A DNA stretch of 64,000 bases from Planctomycetota bacterium (lineage in GTDB: Bacteria > Planctomycetota > B15-G4): NCBI GenBank assembly GCA_038212275.1, contig JBBQUR010000004.1:64001-128000 (forward strand), in the 5' to 3' direction. The translations under genes were made by a program, and so were the position numbers. The stretch's first letter is position 1. Each line of letters opens with the position of its first letter. Positions 12,449 through 23,246 of the stretch are shown here, in pieces. Below the pieces are notes generated by a model. It was not told where the DNA came from and searched no databases. It saw only the letters and a program-made list of their open reading frames with translations.

Positions 12449-13843
12449 ATGCCGGCCTTTGCTGCTTGCCTCTTCTGGCTGCTCGTTGCGCCTGCTCTCG
12501 CGTCGGCGCAGGAAGCGGCAACTGCAGGCGCCGCCGAACGCGTCGCGACGTCGCTCCCGTCCCGGGCCGGTGAGCGCGAAGTCCTCCCCGGCTCCGGCGC
12601 GGTGCGGATGCTCCTGCGTGACGGCCGCTTCCTCGAAGGGCGCCTGCTCGGCCTCGAGGGTGAGGATCTGCTCCTGGCTGCTTCGATCGAAGGCGGGGCG
12701 CCCACGCGCGTGCCGCTGGCCGATCTGGTGGCGCTCGCTCAGGGCAAGACCGGCACGGTGACCGCGACACCGGACAGCAGCGCCGCCGCACCGGCTCCCG
12801 ATGTCCTCGACCTTTCCAGCGTCGCCGTTCGATCGGGCCCGGGTGGCATCGCGTCGGACGCGCCGCCGCAAGGCCTTCGCGGTGATCGCCTCATGGGCCG
12901 TCTGCTCGGCGGGGATGCGGACGGAGTGCGCTTCGAGTTGTCCGGCGCCCTGCCGTTCGGCGTGCCGTTCGAAGCCATCACGCGGCTGCTGCCCCACGCG
13001 ACAGGGCCGCTGGACCGCCTCGCCCTGCTTCCGGGCGCCGAGGCCGACGATCGCCTCTGGCGCCTCGGCAAGGACGGCACACCCGACAGCCTGACGGGCG
13101 TGGTGGAGAGCGTGAACGATGGCAAGGTCGTGTTCGCAAGCGCACTCGGGACGCTGCCGTTCAGCCTGGGCGACGTGCTCGCCATCGTGTTCGCGCCCGA
13201 AGCGCGCCCGACCGGGCCACTGCCCGGCGTGCACGTCGTCGTGCGCCTGCGCGACGGCTCACGGATCGATGCGGGCCTGCTCGAGTGGCACGACGGCCGT
13301 TGCGTGCTCGCCACGCGCTTCGCCGCGCGCCTCGAACTGCCCACCGTCGCCGTGGCCTCGCTCGTGCGCAGCGACGGCCCCTTCGTGCTGCTGGCGGACC
13401 TGCCGCCGTCGCGCGTCGAGCAATGGCCCACGTTCGGCGCGCCCGCCGACTTCCTCTTTCCGTGGCGCAAGGATCTCTCCGTGACGGGGCAGCTCCTCTC
13501 CGTGGGCAGCGTGTCGCGGGCCACGGGGCTCGGCGTGCACAGCAACAGCCGGCTGGCGTTCACCGTGCCCGCCGGAGCGTCCACGCTCTTCGTGACGGCG
13601 GGCCTCTGCGACGAGGTGAACGAGCTCCCGGCGCGCGGCAGCGTGAACTTCGAGCTGCGCGTCGACGGGGCGCTGCTCGCGGCCACGGGCCTCGTTCGTG
13701 AAGGCGAAGCCGCACGCACGCTGCGACTCGACGGCCTGCACGGCGGCGAGACCCTGGAACTCGTGACCCTCGATGGCGGCGACGACGACGCGGGCGACCG
13801 CGCCGCATGGGTCGATGGTGTCTTCCTGCTGGGTGGAGGCTGA
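12449..13843 (+). CDS. Secreted NPCBM/NEW2 domain protein
   Basis: Signal peptide; C-terminal [12 protein letters not shown]...GLCDE...[11 protein letters not shown]...LELVTLDG...GDRAAWVD. Confidence 0.8.
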   Translation: MPAFAACLFWLLVAPALASAQEAATAGAAERVATSLPSRAGEREVLPGSGAVRMLLRDGRFLEGRLLGLEGEDLLLAASIEGGAPTRVPLADLVALAQGKTGTVTATPDSSAAAPAPDVLDLSSVAVRSGPGGIASDAPPQGLRGDRLMGRLLGGDADGVRFELSGALPFGVPFEAITRLLPHATGPLDRLALLPGAEADDRLWRLGKDGTPDSLTGVVESVNDGKVVFASALGTLPFSLGDVLAIVFAPEARPTGPLPGVHVVVRLRDGSRIDAGLLEWHDGRCVLATRFAARLELPTVAVASLVRSDGPFVLLADLPPSRVEQWPTFGAPADFLFPWRKDLSVTGQLLSVGSVSRATGLGVHSNSRLAFTVPAGASTLFVTAGLCDEVNELPARGSVNFELRVDGALLAATGLVREGEAARTLRLDGLHGGETLELVTLDGGDDDAGDRAAWVDGVFLLGGG

Positions 13844-13844
13844 G

Positions 13845-15284
13845 GTGCCGGGCGCGCGGAGCGTCGCGACGATCGGCCGACGACTGCGCCTCGCGCTCGC
13901 TCTCGGCGCGGCGGCGCTGCTTTCCGGATGCCCGGACACGACATCCGCACCGGGCGCCGGGCAGACCGGAACGACGGACGCGCCCGGCGCGGTGTCCACT
14001 TCTTCGCGGCCGAAGGTCGCGATCTTCGGAGTGGACGGCGCCACCTTCACGGTCATCGACCCGCTGCTCGCCGCCGGGCGTCTCCCGAACCTCGCGGGAC
14101 TCATCGCGCGCGGCACGCGCCTCGTGCTGAAGAGTTCGCCCGAGTCCAGCGCCTCGCCGGTGCTGTGGGCGACGATCGCCACCGGCACGCTGATGGCCAC
14201 GCACGGCATCACGACCTTCACGCGCGAATCGCCCGAGGGACTGCGCATCTTCACCTCCGCGGATCGTCGCGTGCCGGCGCTCTGGAATCTCGTGGACGCG
14301 CGAGGCGGCAGCGTGGGCATCGTCGGCTACTGGAACACCTGGCCGGCCGAGGACGTGAAGGGCTTCATCGTGAGCGACCGCTTCGCGCACTCCATCTTCA
14401 GCCGCAACTTCGGCGAGGACCACGGACTGCGCCTCGTGCATCCGGAGTCGCTGACCGCCGAGCTTGCGCCCTGCGCTCTCGATCCTCAGGCCCTGTCGCG
14501 CTCGACACTCGAACGGCTCGGCCACTTCACCGACGCCGAGTGGGACGAATTGCTGCACGGCAACGATGACCTGCGCGAAGTGACGGGCAACGGCCTGGTC
14601 GCCCTGAAGTACGGACTGCAGTCGCAGGCCAGCAACGTGTGCGCGGCGCAGCGCCTGCTCCGCACGCAGGGACAGCCGGACCTGTTCATCGTCTTTCTGC
14701 CGCTGCCCGATCGCGTGGGTCACAACTTCTGGCACACCTACGCACCCGAGCAGGTGGACGGCGGACCCGGGAGCGTGGACGCCGGCTGGCGCGAGCGCTG
14801 GCACGACGTGATCCCGGCCGCGTACGAGATGGTGGATGAAGCCATGGGCGAGCTGCTCGCAGAGCTCGACAAAGACACGACGGTCTTCGTGATCTCGGAT
14901 CACGGCATGCAATCGGGTCGGACGAACGGCGGGACACCCGATCAGCTCGACAAGGTGGGCAAGTCCGGCGTGCATCACCCGGACGGCATCCTCGTGGCGG
15001 CGGGGCCGGCCATCCGCTCCAAGGGTCTCGCGGCGCCGACGTTGCTGGACATCGCGCCCACGGTGCTCGCGGCGATGGGGCTCCCGGGAGCCGCGCAGTG
15101 CGTGCGACCTCCGCTGACGTCGCTGCTTCACTCGGAGTTCCTCGCGCAGCATCCCGTGCTTCCGCCGCCGGCCGACCCCGACAAGTCGGGAGTCTCGCCG
15201 CTGCCCGGCGTGAATCTCGATACCGAAGCGATCGACGAGTTGAAGGCGCTGGGCTACCTGGGCGCGGACGGAAAGCTCCGATGA
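13845..15284 (+). CDS. Alkaline phosphatase superfamily (NPP/phosphodiesterase-like) lipoprotein
   Basis: Lipobox [32 protein letters not shown]-terminal LKALGY. Start approximate. Confidence 0.85.
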   Translation: MPGARSVATIGRRLRLALALGAAALLSGCPDTTSAPGAGQTGTTDAPGAVSTSSRPKVAIFGVDGATFTVIDPLLAAGRLPNLAGLIARGTRLVLKSSPESSASPVLWATIATGTLMATHGITTFTRESPEGLRIFTSADRRVPALWNLVDARGGSVGIVGYWNTWPAEDVKGFIVSDRFAHSIFSRNFGEDHGLRLVHPESLTAELAPCALDPQALSRSTLERLGHFTDAEWDELLHGNDDLREVTGNGLVALKYGLQSQASNVCAAQRLLRTQGQPDLFIVFLPLPDRVGHNFWHTYAPEQVDGGPGSVDAGWRERWHDVIPAAYEMVDEAMGELLAELDKDTTVFVISDHGMQSGRTNGGTPDQLDKVGKSGVHHPDGILVAAGPAIRSKGLAAPTLLDIAPTVLAAMGLPGAAQCVRPPLTSLLHSEFLAQHPVLPPPADPDKSGVSPLPGVNLDTEAIDELKALGYLGADGKLR

Positions 15285-16744
15285 GTCGTGCGCGCGCGAC
15301 CTTCCGACCACACGCGCGGCAGCGAGCCGTCGGCCTCGTCGCATGGCTTGCCTTGTGCGCATGCCTGCTCGCAGGTTGTGGCGACGAGGGCTCGCGCGCG
15401 ACGTCCTCGGCCGCGCCCGCCGCGCCCGCCGGGCCCGCCGGGCCCGCCTCGGGCACGGCAACGTCTCGTCCCAAGGTCGCCATCTTCTGCCTGGACGGCG
15501 CAACCTTCTCGGTGATCGATCCGCTGCTCGCGCAGGGCAAGCTGCCGACGCTGGCCGCCCTCATCGCGCGCGGTGCGCGCATGCCGCTGCGCTCGGCCGA
15601 CCCGCCGAAGAGTTCGCCCGTGCTCTGGGCCACGCTGTTCACCGGCACGAGCAAGGACGTGCACGGCATCCTGGCCTTCACCTACGTGGGTCCCGGAACG
15701 CGGCGCGCCTATGCCTCGACGGATCGACACGTGCCCGCACTCTGGAATCTCGTCGACAGCCGCGGCGGGACTGCCGGTGTCATCGGGCCGCTCACGACCT
15801 GGCCGGCCGAAGCCGTCAACGGCTACATGGTCACCGAGCGCTGGGGTCGCGGCACCTACGCCGAAGATCCGTCGATCACGCTTCCGGCCGTCGCGCTGAC
15901 CTCTCCCGACGCGCTGCTCGAGGAACTGGAGCCGTATCGCCCGCAGGCCGAGGCGCTTCGTCCCGCCGATCTCGCACCGCTCGGCACCTTCACGGAGGCG
16001 GAGTGGGAGCAGCTCATGCACGGCAACGCGGACAACGCGATGCTGCGCAACGGGCTTCTCGCGCTGCACTACGGCTTCCAGACGCAGGACGGCAACGTGA
16101 AGGCCGCGCTCCACCTGCTGCAGACGCGTCCGCAGCCCGATCTGTTCGTGGTCTTCATGGAACTGACGGATCGTGTGGGGCACCACTTCTGGCACGCGTG
16201 GCGTCCCGACGAGGTGCGGGGCGGCGCGGACGCCGTGGACGCCGGCTGGCGCGAGCGCTGGGCGAACGTGATCCCGGGCACCTACGAGCTGGCCGATGCG
16301 GCCATCGCGCGCATGCTGTCGGCGATGGATCCCGACACCACGGTCTTCATCGTCTCGGACCACGGCATGCAGGCGAGCGGCTGGAACGGCGGCAGCCCGA
16401 CGCAGCTGGCCGAGATGGGCGGCTCCGGCAAGCATCACATCGAGGGCGTGCTCATCGCGGCGGGACCTGCCATCGCGCACGGCGTGTCGATGCCTGCTTC
16501 GCTGTGGGACATCGCGCCGACGGTGCTCGCGGCGCTCGGATTGCCGGGCAGCCTGCAATGCGAGCACCCGCCGCTGAAGGAACTGCTCGCGAGCGACTTC
16601 CTCGCCCGGCATCCGCCGCAGGCTCCGCTTGTCGACGGGCCGGCCGCGGTGGCTCCGCGCACGTTGCCCGAGGGCTTGAACGACGAGATGCTCGAGCAGT
16701 TCAAGGCGATGGGTTACCTCGGCGCGGACGGCACCGACCGCTGA
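15281..16744 (+). CDS. Alkaline phosphatase superfamily lipoprotein, tandem paralogue
   Basis: Lipobox [42 protein letters not shown] overlap with the previous gene. Confidence 0.85.
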   Translation: MSRARATFRPHARQRAVGLVAWLALCACLLAGCGDEGSRATSSAAPAAPAGPAGPASGTATSRPKVAIFCLDGATFSVIDPLLAQGKLPTLAALIARGARMPLRSADPPKSSPVLWATLFTGTSKDVHGILAFTYVGPGTRRAYASTDRHVPALWNLVDSRGGTAGVIGPLTTWPAEAVNGYMVTERWGRGTYAEDPSITLPAVALTSPDALLEELEPYRPQAEALRPADLAPLGTFTEAEWEQLMHGNADNAMLRNGLLALHYGFQTQDGNVKAALHLLQTRPQPDLFVVFMELTDRVGHHFWHAWRPDEVRGGADAVDAGWRERWANVIPGTYELADAAIARMLSAMDPDTTVFIVSDHGMQASGWNGGSPTQLAEMGGSGKHHIEGVLIAAGPAIAHGVSMPASLWDIAPTVLAALGLPGSLQCEHPPLKELLASDFLARHPPQAPLVDGPAAVAPRTLPEGLNDEMLEQFKAMGYLGADGTDR

Positions 16745-16798
16745 GCGTGCACCGCCGCCGCGATGTAACGCGGCGTCTTGCGGTCCGTCGAAGCGCCC

Positions 16799-17518
16799 AT
16801 GAAGAACACTTCGCTTCGTGCCGTGACGGTCGCGCTCGAGGAGCTGCAACCGGACGAGCTGCTTGCTGCCGTACTGCATCCGCAACTTTCCGCGCCGCAG
16901 GGTCGCGCCGTCGGCAGGCAGTTGCTCGAGGCTGCCGGCGGGCTGCCGCGGCTGGCGCGCATGTCGCCGAGGGAGTTGATGCGCGAATTGGGAGGCGCGT
17001 TCACAGCCAGCGAGGGGCGGCCGGCGGAGCGTGACGCGCAGTCCGGCGCGAGTGCCGCGCTGCGACTGGCCAGCGCCTTCGAGCTCGGGCGGCGCGCTGC
17101 CCGTGTGGAACTCGCGGCAGGTCAGGTGGTGCGCGGCATGGCGGATCTCGAGCCGCATCTGCGCGGACTGCTCGATGGCCGGCTCAAGGAGCTCTTCCTC
17201 GTCGTGTTGCTGGACGCCAAGAACCGTCCGCTGCGCACCGAGCGTGTGAGTGAAGGCTGTCTCACGTGGTCGGTCGTGCATCCGCGCGAGGTCTACGCTC
17301 CGGCGGTGCGCGAGAGCGCGGGCGCCGTCATCGTGGCGCACAATCACCCCAGCGGAGACCCGACGCCCAGCGCACAGGACATCGAGGTGACGGCGCGCCT
17401 CGGGAAGGTCGGCGAACTGCTCGGCATCCCGTTGCTCGACCACATCGTCGTCGGGCGACAGCGCTGTGTCTCCATGCGTGCCCAGGGACTCATGGGGCCA
17501 ATGACGGTGCCCGCGTGA
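16799..17518 (+). CDS. radC: RadC-family JAB domain protein
   Basis: VHPREV, AHNHPSGDPTPSAQD, LLDHIVVG. Confidence 0.92.
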   Translation: MKNTSLRAVTVALEELQPDELLAAVLHPQLSAPQGRAVGRQLLEAAGGLPRLARMSPRELMRELGGAFTASEGRPAERDAQSGASAALRLASAFELGRRAARVELAAGQVVRGMADLEPHLRGLLDGRLKELFLVVLLDAKNRPLRTERVSEGCLTWSVVHPREVYAPAVRESAGAVIVAHNHPSGDPTPSAQDIEVTARLGKVGELLGIPLLDHIVVGRQRCVSMRAQGLMGPMTVPA

Positions 17519-17568
17519 AGACGTGGAAGGCCGAGGGCTCGCCGGCTTCGCCGGAAGCGGTCGACGCC

Positions 17569-19044
17569 TCAGCCGCTGCGATGTTCCAGCGCCGTGCGTG
17601 CGCGAGTCAGGGCCTGCGTGCGCTGGTCCGGTGGCGCGGCGACGTCGAGGCCCTGGTCGTTGCCGGTCAGCGTGATGAGGCGCTGCAGGGCGGCGTAGGC
17701 CGTCTCGGCATCCGCGCTCGCCAGGTAGCCGATGAAGCTGTCGACGGGACGCGTGCCGTCGCACGCGAGCAACGCGGCCTCGATCGCCACGGCGAGATCG
17801 GGGAAGGCCGGGGCGGCAGCCGCCTCGTCTTGCAGGCGCAGCAGCTCGTCTCGCGCAGCCGGCAATCGCGTCTGAGCCAGCGCGTCGACGACGGCGAGCA
17901 GGACATCGGGCTCCTTGCGACGCCTTGCGGCCACCACGAGCTGGTCGGCCACGCCGGTCGCACCCGCCACGCGAGCCGCCTGTGCGGCGACGCTGCCGAC
18001 GCTGTCGTTGAGCAGCGGCTCGGCGGCCACGCTTGCGAGGCGCGCGCGCAGCTTGCCGTCCGCGACATCCACGAGCCGCTCCATGATCTCGAGGCAGTGC
18101 ACGCGCACGTAGTCATCCGGGTTCGCCAGCCCCAGGATCAGATAAGGCAGGACGGCAGGCCCTTGCTGCGCGAGCGTCCAGCGCGCGCCGTCGATCTGGC
18201 GCAGCTGGTAGGCGCCGAGGTGCGACACGAGCAGTCGCACGCGAGCCACCTGGCCCGGATCGTCCAGCGGTGCGGCGGCCCAGAGCGTCAGCCGTCGCTG
18301 CTGCCACCAGTCGCGCGCGGCCAGCACGGACTGCTCGCGCTGCGGCACGGGGGCGGAGGATCGGAAGCCGAAGTCCTGTCCGGCCAGAGCGCGCAGTCCC
18401 GGCAGCACGAGTTCCTGAGCCCAGGCCATCTGGGGGTTGCGGGTCCACGGCAACTCGACGTCCGGCGCCTGGAGCGACGTGCCCTCCGCGAGAATGAGAA
18501 GCATGAGCGGCACGCCCGAAGGATTGCCGAGACGCGCGAGGGCCGACGCCTGCGCCGCGCGCAACGCGATGGCGTCCGGCCTGTCGTAGTCGACGGGCCA
18601 CGGGCCGATGCCCTTGACCAGGCGCGGGATGGCGGCCTTGAAGTCGAAGCTGGCGAGATCGTCCGCGGCCGCGCAGGCGATGGGGATGCGTGGATCGCGC
18701 AGCGCCGCCATGAGCGTGGTGAGTGCGCTGCCCGCCTGGCTCGGCGCGAGTGCATCGAGTGCGTCGAGTCTCGCCGAGTCCGGTGTCAGCGCGAGAAGCG
18801 CGGTGTCAGGGGGCGTCTCGCCGGGCATCGGGGCGGCGAGCACGTCGCGCCAGAACCATTCACGATTGCCAGGTGTCACGCCGGGGAGCGGGGGGGCCGC
18901 GGTTTCCGGCGCGTGCGCGGTCGAGGCCGGGAGGGCGCCGGCTGCGCTCGTGGTGTCGGCAGCACTGCCGGGAGGCGTGGCGGGTGGCGCGCGCCCGGCG
19001 TCGCCGCACGCTGCCAGAGTCAGTGCGATGACGGTGCATCGCAT
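17569..19044 (-). CDS. HEAT-repeat-containing putative lipoprotein
   Basis: MRCTVIALTLAAC lipobox, Pro/Ala linker, HEAT-like segments (LMAALRDP..., LILGLANPDDYVRVHCLEIM). Alternative start at 19137. Confidence 0.7.
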   Translation of the reverse strand: MRCTVIALTLAACGDAGRAPPATPPGSAADTTSAAGALPASTAHAPETAAPPLPGVTPGNREWFWRDVLAAPMPGETPPDTALLALTPDSARLDALDALAPSQAGSALTTLMAALRDPRIPIACAAADDLASFDFKAAIPRLVKGIGPWPVDYDRPDAIALRAAQASALARLGNPSGVPLMLLILAEGTSLQAPDVELPWTRNPQMAWAQELVLPGLRALAGQDFGFRSSAPVPQREQSVLAARDWWQQRRLTLWAAAPLDDPGQVARVRLLVSHLGAYQLRQIDGARWTLAQQGPAVLPYLILGLANPDDYVRVHCLEIMERLVDVADGKLRARLASVAAEPLLNDSVGSVAAQAARVAGATGVADQLVVAARRRKEPDVLLAVVDALAQTRLPAARDELLRLQDEAAAAPAFPDLAVAIEAALLACDGTRPVDSFIGYLASADAETAYAALQRLITLTGNDQGLDVAAPPDQRTQALTRARTALEHRSG

Positions 19045-19146
19045 GGCAGCGTGGCGCACGCGGCGCGATGCGCACTGCGCGGACGAGGCGGTGCGCGAGA
19101 GACGGTCGGGATGGGGTCGTGTGGGGGCCACGGGCATGCCGTGAGT

Positions 19147-19176
19147 TTGACATGGTGCCCTCGCGACCGGTATGCC
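19147..19176 (+). promoter_or_regulatory. Putative sigma70 promoter for the trm112-yidC operon
   Basis: TTGACA-N18-TATGCC about 40 bp upstream of ATG 19217. Confidence 0.5.
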
Positions 19177-19216
19177 AGCATCGCCGCCGTTTTCTCGGTA
19201 TCCGCCGGAGTCACCC

Positions 19217-19489
19217 ATGACCGCCCCCGAACTGGACAAGGATCTGCTCGAGATCCTCGCATGCCCCGAGACCAAGGAGCCGGTCATGCTGGCCGATGCG
19301 GCGCTCGTGAGCCGGGTCAACGCGGCCATCCAGGCCGGCAAGCTGCACTCGCGGGACGGGCAGGCCGTCACGCGGCCGGTGGATGGCGCCCTGGTGCGGA
19401 AGGACCGCAAGGTCCTGTATCCCGTGCGCGGCGGCATCCCGATCATGCTGATCGACGAGTCGATCCTGATCGACAGCGTCGGCGCCTGA
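19217..19489 (+). CDS. Trm112-family (YcaR-like) small protein
   Basis: LDKDLLEILACPETK...LYPVRGGIPIMLIDE. Confidence 0.9.
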   Translation: MTAPELDKDLLEILACPETKEPVMLADAALVSRVNAAIQAGKLHSRDGQAVTRPVDGALVRKDRKVLYPVRGGIPIMLIDESILIDSVGA

Positions 19490-19505
19490 TCGACGGCCGG
19501 CCACC

Positions 19506-21362
19506 ATGGAGAAGCGCCTTCCGCTGGCTCTGCTGCTGAGCCTCGTCTTCGTCTGGGTCTATCTCCAGATGACGGCTCCGCCGCCGCCGCCCGAGGGCTC
19601 GATCCCGCCGGCCGCCGAGAGCGTGAACGCCGCGCCGGGAATCGGCGCGACTCCGGACCAGGACGGCTCTGCGCCCCTGGCGAGTGGTGTGCCGGCTTCC
19701 GCGTCCGATGCGCCGCTCGAGCCGGGAGTCCCCGTGCCCTTCGAGGGCGAGGGCTATCGCGCCGAGTTCAGCACGCGCGGCGGCGGGCTCACCTGGCTGG
19801 AACTCACCGACTACCACACCAAGGCGCACGAGAGCGACGCGCTTCCGCTGCTCGAGGATGCCGGCGACGGCATCGGTCACTTCCTCGTCCGGGACTTCAA
19901 CGGACGCTATCCGCTGGATTCGGTCGCGTGGGAGGTCGAGCAACGCCGCTCCGACGAGGGCCGTGACCAGCTCGTCTTCCGCTGGACGGCGCCCGATGGC
20001 CTGCGCTTCACGCGCACGGTGACCGACCACGGCGACCGCACGAGCTTCGGCCTGTCGGTCGAGGTGGAGAATCTCGGCACGCAGGATCCCGGCGGCACGC
20101 TCACGCTGGTCATGCAGGGCCCGCATGGGCTGCGCGACGATCAGGCGGGCACGCAGTTCGCAGGCGGCGTCACGGGTCTTGTCGTGGTGCGCGGCCCCGA
20201 AGGCGACGACGTGCACAAGTGGGCCGGCGACAAGCTCGTGAGCGGCGATCCGCGCCGCATCGCGACCGGCGAGACCCTCGTCGCCGCGGGCTCGATGACC
20301 AACTACTTCACCTCCGTGCTCGTGCCGGAGGAAGGGACCTACGTCTCTCTGGCGCAGCCGGAGGCGACGCCCGATCGCGAACTGCTCGAGGCCGCGGTCG
20401 CCGCCAAGCATCCGGTCGACGAGAACGACGCTGCGCGCTGGCGCGACCGGCTGCGTGGCGAGCACAAGACCAACGCCGCCGTGAATCTCGTCCTTTCCGC
20501 CAAGTATCCGGCGCCTGGGCAGGCCGCTCGCTACGACTTCAAGGCCTACGCCGGCCCCAAGGATCGCAATCTCGCGCGCCAGCCGGGCTACCTCTTCCTG
20601 GACCCGATCCTCGAGAATGCCTTCGGACGCTGGGCCTGGATCAACCATGCGCTGCTGGCGATCCTCGGCTTCTTCCACGGCCTCACGAACAACTGGGGCG
20701 TGGCCATCATCCTGCTGGTGGTCATCGTGCGCCTGCTGCTGTTCCCGCTGAACCGCATCCAGCAATCGTCGATGGCGCGCTACGGCGCGACGATGCAGCG
20801 CCTCAAGCCCGAGCTGGACGCGCTGAAGCTCAAGCTCAAGGGCAACACGCGCAAGTTCAACGAGGAGCAGATGAAGCTGCTCAAGCGCGAGGGCGCGTCG
20901 CCTCCGCTCGGCGGCTGCCTGCTCATGTTCCTGCAGTTCCCCGTGTGGATCAGCCTGTTCCAGATCCTGCGCAACTCCATCGAGCTGCGGCATGCGGACT
21001 TCGTGTTCTGGGTGCACGACCTGTCGCGCCCCGACCAGATGCCGCTGCCCTTCTCGGTGTACGGCATCAACCACGTCAACGTGCTGCCCATCCTGATGGC
21101 CATTGCCAACGTGGTGCAACTGCGCTTCCAGCCCAAGCCGGCCGACGAAAGTCAGGCCCAGATGCAGAAGATCATGGGGCTCATGATGCCGGTCATGATG
21201 CTGGTGTTCCTCTACAACTACCCGTCCGGACTGTCGCTCTACATCTTCACCTCGTCGGTGCTGGGCATCTTTGAATACCAGGTCATCCGGCGCTTCTGGC
21301 CCGTGGCCGGCGCACCCGGAAGCGCCGCGGTGGCGACCGCGGGCAAGTCGGCCCCGGCCTGA
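19506..21362 (+). CDS. yidC: Membrane protein insertase YidC
   Basis: MEKRL N-terminal TM, periplasmic domain, YAGPK, NWGVAIILL, GGCLLMFLQFP, SIELR, PSGLSLY. Confidence 0.95.
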   Translation: MEKRLPLALLLSLVFVWVYLQMTAPPPPPEGSIPPAAESVNAAPGIGATPDQDGSAPLASGVPASASDAPLEPGVPVPFEGEGYRAEFSTRGGGLTWLELTDYHTKAHESDALPLLEDAGDGIGHFLVRDFNGRYPLDSVAWEVEQRRSDEGRDQLVFRWTAPDGLRFTRTVTDHGDRTSFGLSVEVENLGTQDPGGTLTLVMQGPHGLRDDQAGTQFAGGVTGLVVVRGPEGDDVHKWAGDKLVSGDPRRIATGETLVAAGSMTNYFTSVLVPEEGTYVSLAQPEATPDRELLEAAVAAKHPVDENDAARWRDRLRGEHKTNAAVNLVLSAKYPAPGQAARYDFKAYAGPKDRNLARQPGYLFLDPILENAFGRWAWINHALLAILGFFHGLTNNWGVAIILLVVIVRLLLFPLNRIQQSSMARYGATMQRLKPELDALKLKLKGNTRKFNEEQMKLLKREGASPPLGGCLLMFLQFPVWISLFQILRNSIELRHADFVFWVHDLSRPDQMPLPFSVYGINHVNVLPILMAIANVVQLRFQPKPADESQAQMQKIMGLMMPVMMLVFLYNYPSGLSLYIFTSSVLGIFEYQVIRRFWPVAGAPGSAAVATAGKSAPA

Positions 21363-21423
21363 CCGGGAGCCCGGGTCGCTGCGGGTGGGCCGAGGGCCCG
21401 CCGTTGCGTATTCTCTTCCCCCC

Positions 21424-22521
21424 ATGAGCGACACCATCGCAACCCGTCCGCGCGGCTCGCGTCTCGGCCTCGTGCTGTTCCTGCTGCTGCTGACGCTGGG
21501 CGTCTGGGAGGTCGTGGGTCGCGTCACGCCGCTGGTCAAGATCACGCCGCTGCGTTTCGCGCAGGCTGCCTGGAGCGTGGCGTCCGGACACGGGGCCTCG
21601 CCGCTCGGCGGTCCGGGCCCCGAGGACATGGACAAGCTCGCCTATCGTCCACTGCCGTACGTGAATTTCGGGCTCAAGGAGAATTGGGAGCGCAAGGAGC
21701 AGTTCCGCGACGGCGTGCCACTGAAGAAGACCACGAACAATCTCGGCTTCCGCGGCCGCGACATCGTCATCCCGAAGCCCGCGGGCTGTACGCGCATCGT
21801 GTGCCTCGGCGGATCGACGACGTACGGCGACGGCACCGACGACGACCACACCTATCCGGTGCTGCTCGAGAAGGCCCTGCGCGCAGCGCGGCCCGGCAAG
21901 GACATCGAGGTCATCAACGCGGGCGTGCTTTCCTACACCACGGCCGAGTCGCTGCCGAACCTCGCCTTCCGCTGCCTCGATTTCCAGCCCGACATCATCG
22001 TGCTCTACGAGGGCATCAACGACGTCCGCCCGCGCCGCTACGCCAACTTCGACAACGGCTACTTCCACTACCGCAAGGTCTGGGACGGCAGCGCCTCCGG
22101 CTTTGAGGCGGGCCCGAAGGGCACCGACATGGAGGGCGGCATCAACTGCTTCATCCAGCGCCTGCGGCCCGCGGACAATGGCGACGAGGCTGAGAACCAG
22201 GCGCGCGCCGGCACGACGGCCTTCCGTAACAACCTCACGAGCATCGCAGGCATCGCCGCGGCGCACGGCATCAAGGTCGTCATGGTGAGCAATGTCTCCG
22301 ATCCGGGCAGGTACGACCTGGACCCGGCCCTCGTGGCGGGCATCGTGGAGAACAACGGCGTGGTGAAGGACGTCGCGGCGCGTCAGAGTGCGCTCTTCAT
22401 CGACATGGCGGCCGCCTACCAGGGCAAGGACCAGTTCACCGACCTGATCCACATGAATGACGAAGGTTCGCTGCAGATGGCGCGGCTCATCGCCGACGGA
22501 ATGCTCAAGGGCACGCTGTGA
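21424..22521 (+). CDS. Membrane-anchored SGNH/GDSL hydrolase family protein
   Basis: N-terminal TM; CLGGSTTYG, INAG, GIND, DLIH blocks. Confidence 0.85.
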   Translation: MSDTIATRPRGSRLGLVLFLLLLTLGVWEVVGRVTPLVKITPLRFAQAAWSVASGHGASPLGGPGPEDMDKLAYRPLPYVNFGLKENWERKEQFRDGVPLKKTTNNLGFRGRDIVIPKPAGCTRIVCLGGSTTYGDGTDDDHTYPVLLEKALRAARPGKDIEVINAGVLSYTTAESLPNLAFRCLDFQPDIIVLYEGINDVRPRRYANFDNGYFHYRKVWDGSASGFEAGPKGTDMEGGINCFIQRLRPADNGDEAENQARAGTTAFRNNLTSIAGIAAAHGIKVVMVSNVSDPGRYDLDPALVAGIVENNGVVKDVAARQSALFIDMAAAYQGKDQFTDLIHMNDEGSLQMARLIADGMLKGTL

Positions 22522-23246
22522 ACCCGCTGCGCATCTCCGTCGCGGCGCCGTGCTTCAACGAGGCGGAGAGCATCGCGACCGTCGTCGCGGCATGGGACGA
22601 CATCCTGTCGGGCATCCCGCGCGGCAGCGAGATCGTGCTCTGCAACGACGGCAGCTCGGACGGGACCGCCGCCATCCTCGAGCAGCTCTGCGCGCGCTAT
22701 CCGCGGCTGCGCGTCGTGAGCTTCGAGACGAACGGCGGCTATGGCCGCGCGCTGTCCGCTGCGATCGACGCGACGCAGGGCGAGTACGTCGTGACCATCG
22801 ACAGCGACGGGCAGTTCGACCTGAACGACGCGATCGCCCTGCTGGCCGAACTCGAGGACGGCGACTACGACTGCGTGACCGGCTACCGCAAGGCGAAGCA
22901 GGACAGCCTCTTCCGCGTGCTGGCGGACCGCGGCCTCAACCGCCTCGTGCGGCTCATGTTCGGCGTGAGGCTGCGCGACACCAACTGCGCCCTGAAGGTG
23001 GCGAAGGGCGACGTCCTGCGCGGGCTGCGCATCGAGGCGCGCGGCTATCCGACGCCCACGGAGATCCTGCTGCGCCTGCACGCCCGCGGCCATCGCATCG
23101 GCGAGGCGGGCGTGAGCCACCACGAACGCGTCGGCGGCGCCAGCAAGCTGCACCCGTGGCGCACGGCCTGGGCGATGTTCCGCTTCCTGCTCTACCTCCG
23201 CCGCAAGTTGAAGCTCTTCCGCGCCCGGATTATCGTCGAGCCATGA
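22518..23246 (+). CDS. GT2 glycosyltransferase (DPM1-like)
   Basis: APCFNE, NDGSSDGT, GYGRAL, DSDGQF, RDTNCALK. Confidence 0.9.
   Translation: MNPLRISVAAPCFNEAESIATVVAAWDDILSGIPRGSEIVLCNDGSSDGTAAILEQLCARYPRLRVVSFETNGGYGRALSAAIDATQGEYVVTIDSDGQFDLNDAIALLAELEDGDYDCVTGYRKAKQDSLFRVLADRGLNRLVRLMFGVRLRDTNCALKVAKGDVLRGLRIEARGYPTPTEILLRLHARGHRIGEAGVSHHERVGGASKLHPWRTAWAMFRFLLYLRRKLKLFRARIIVEP

Noticed and set aside
16799..17518. radC as a marker of a mobile element
   Set aside because: No integrase, att sites or compositional shift; it looks like the chromosomal type.
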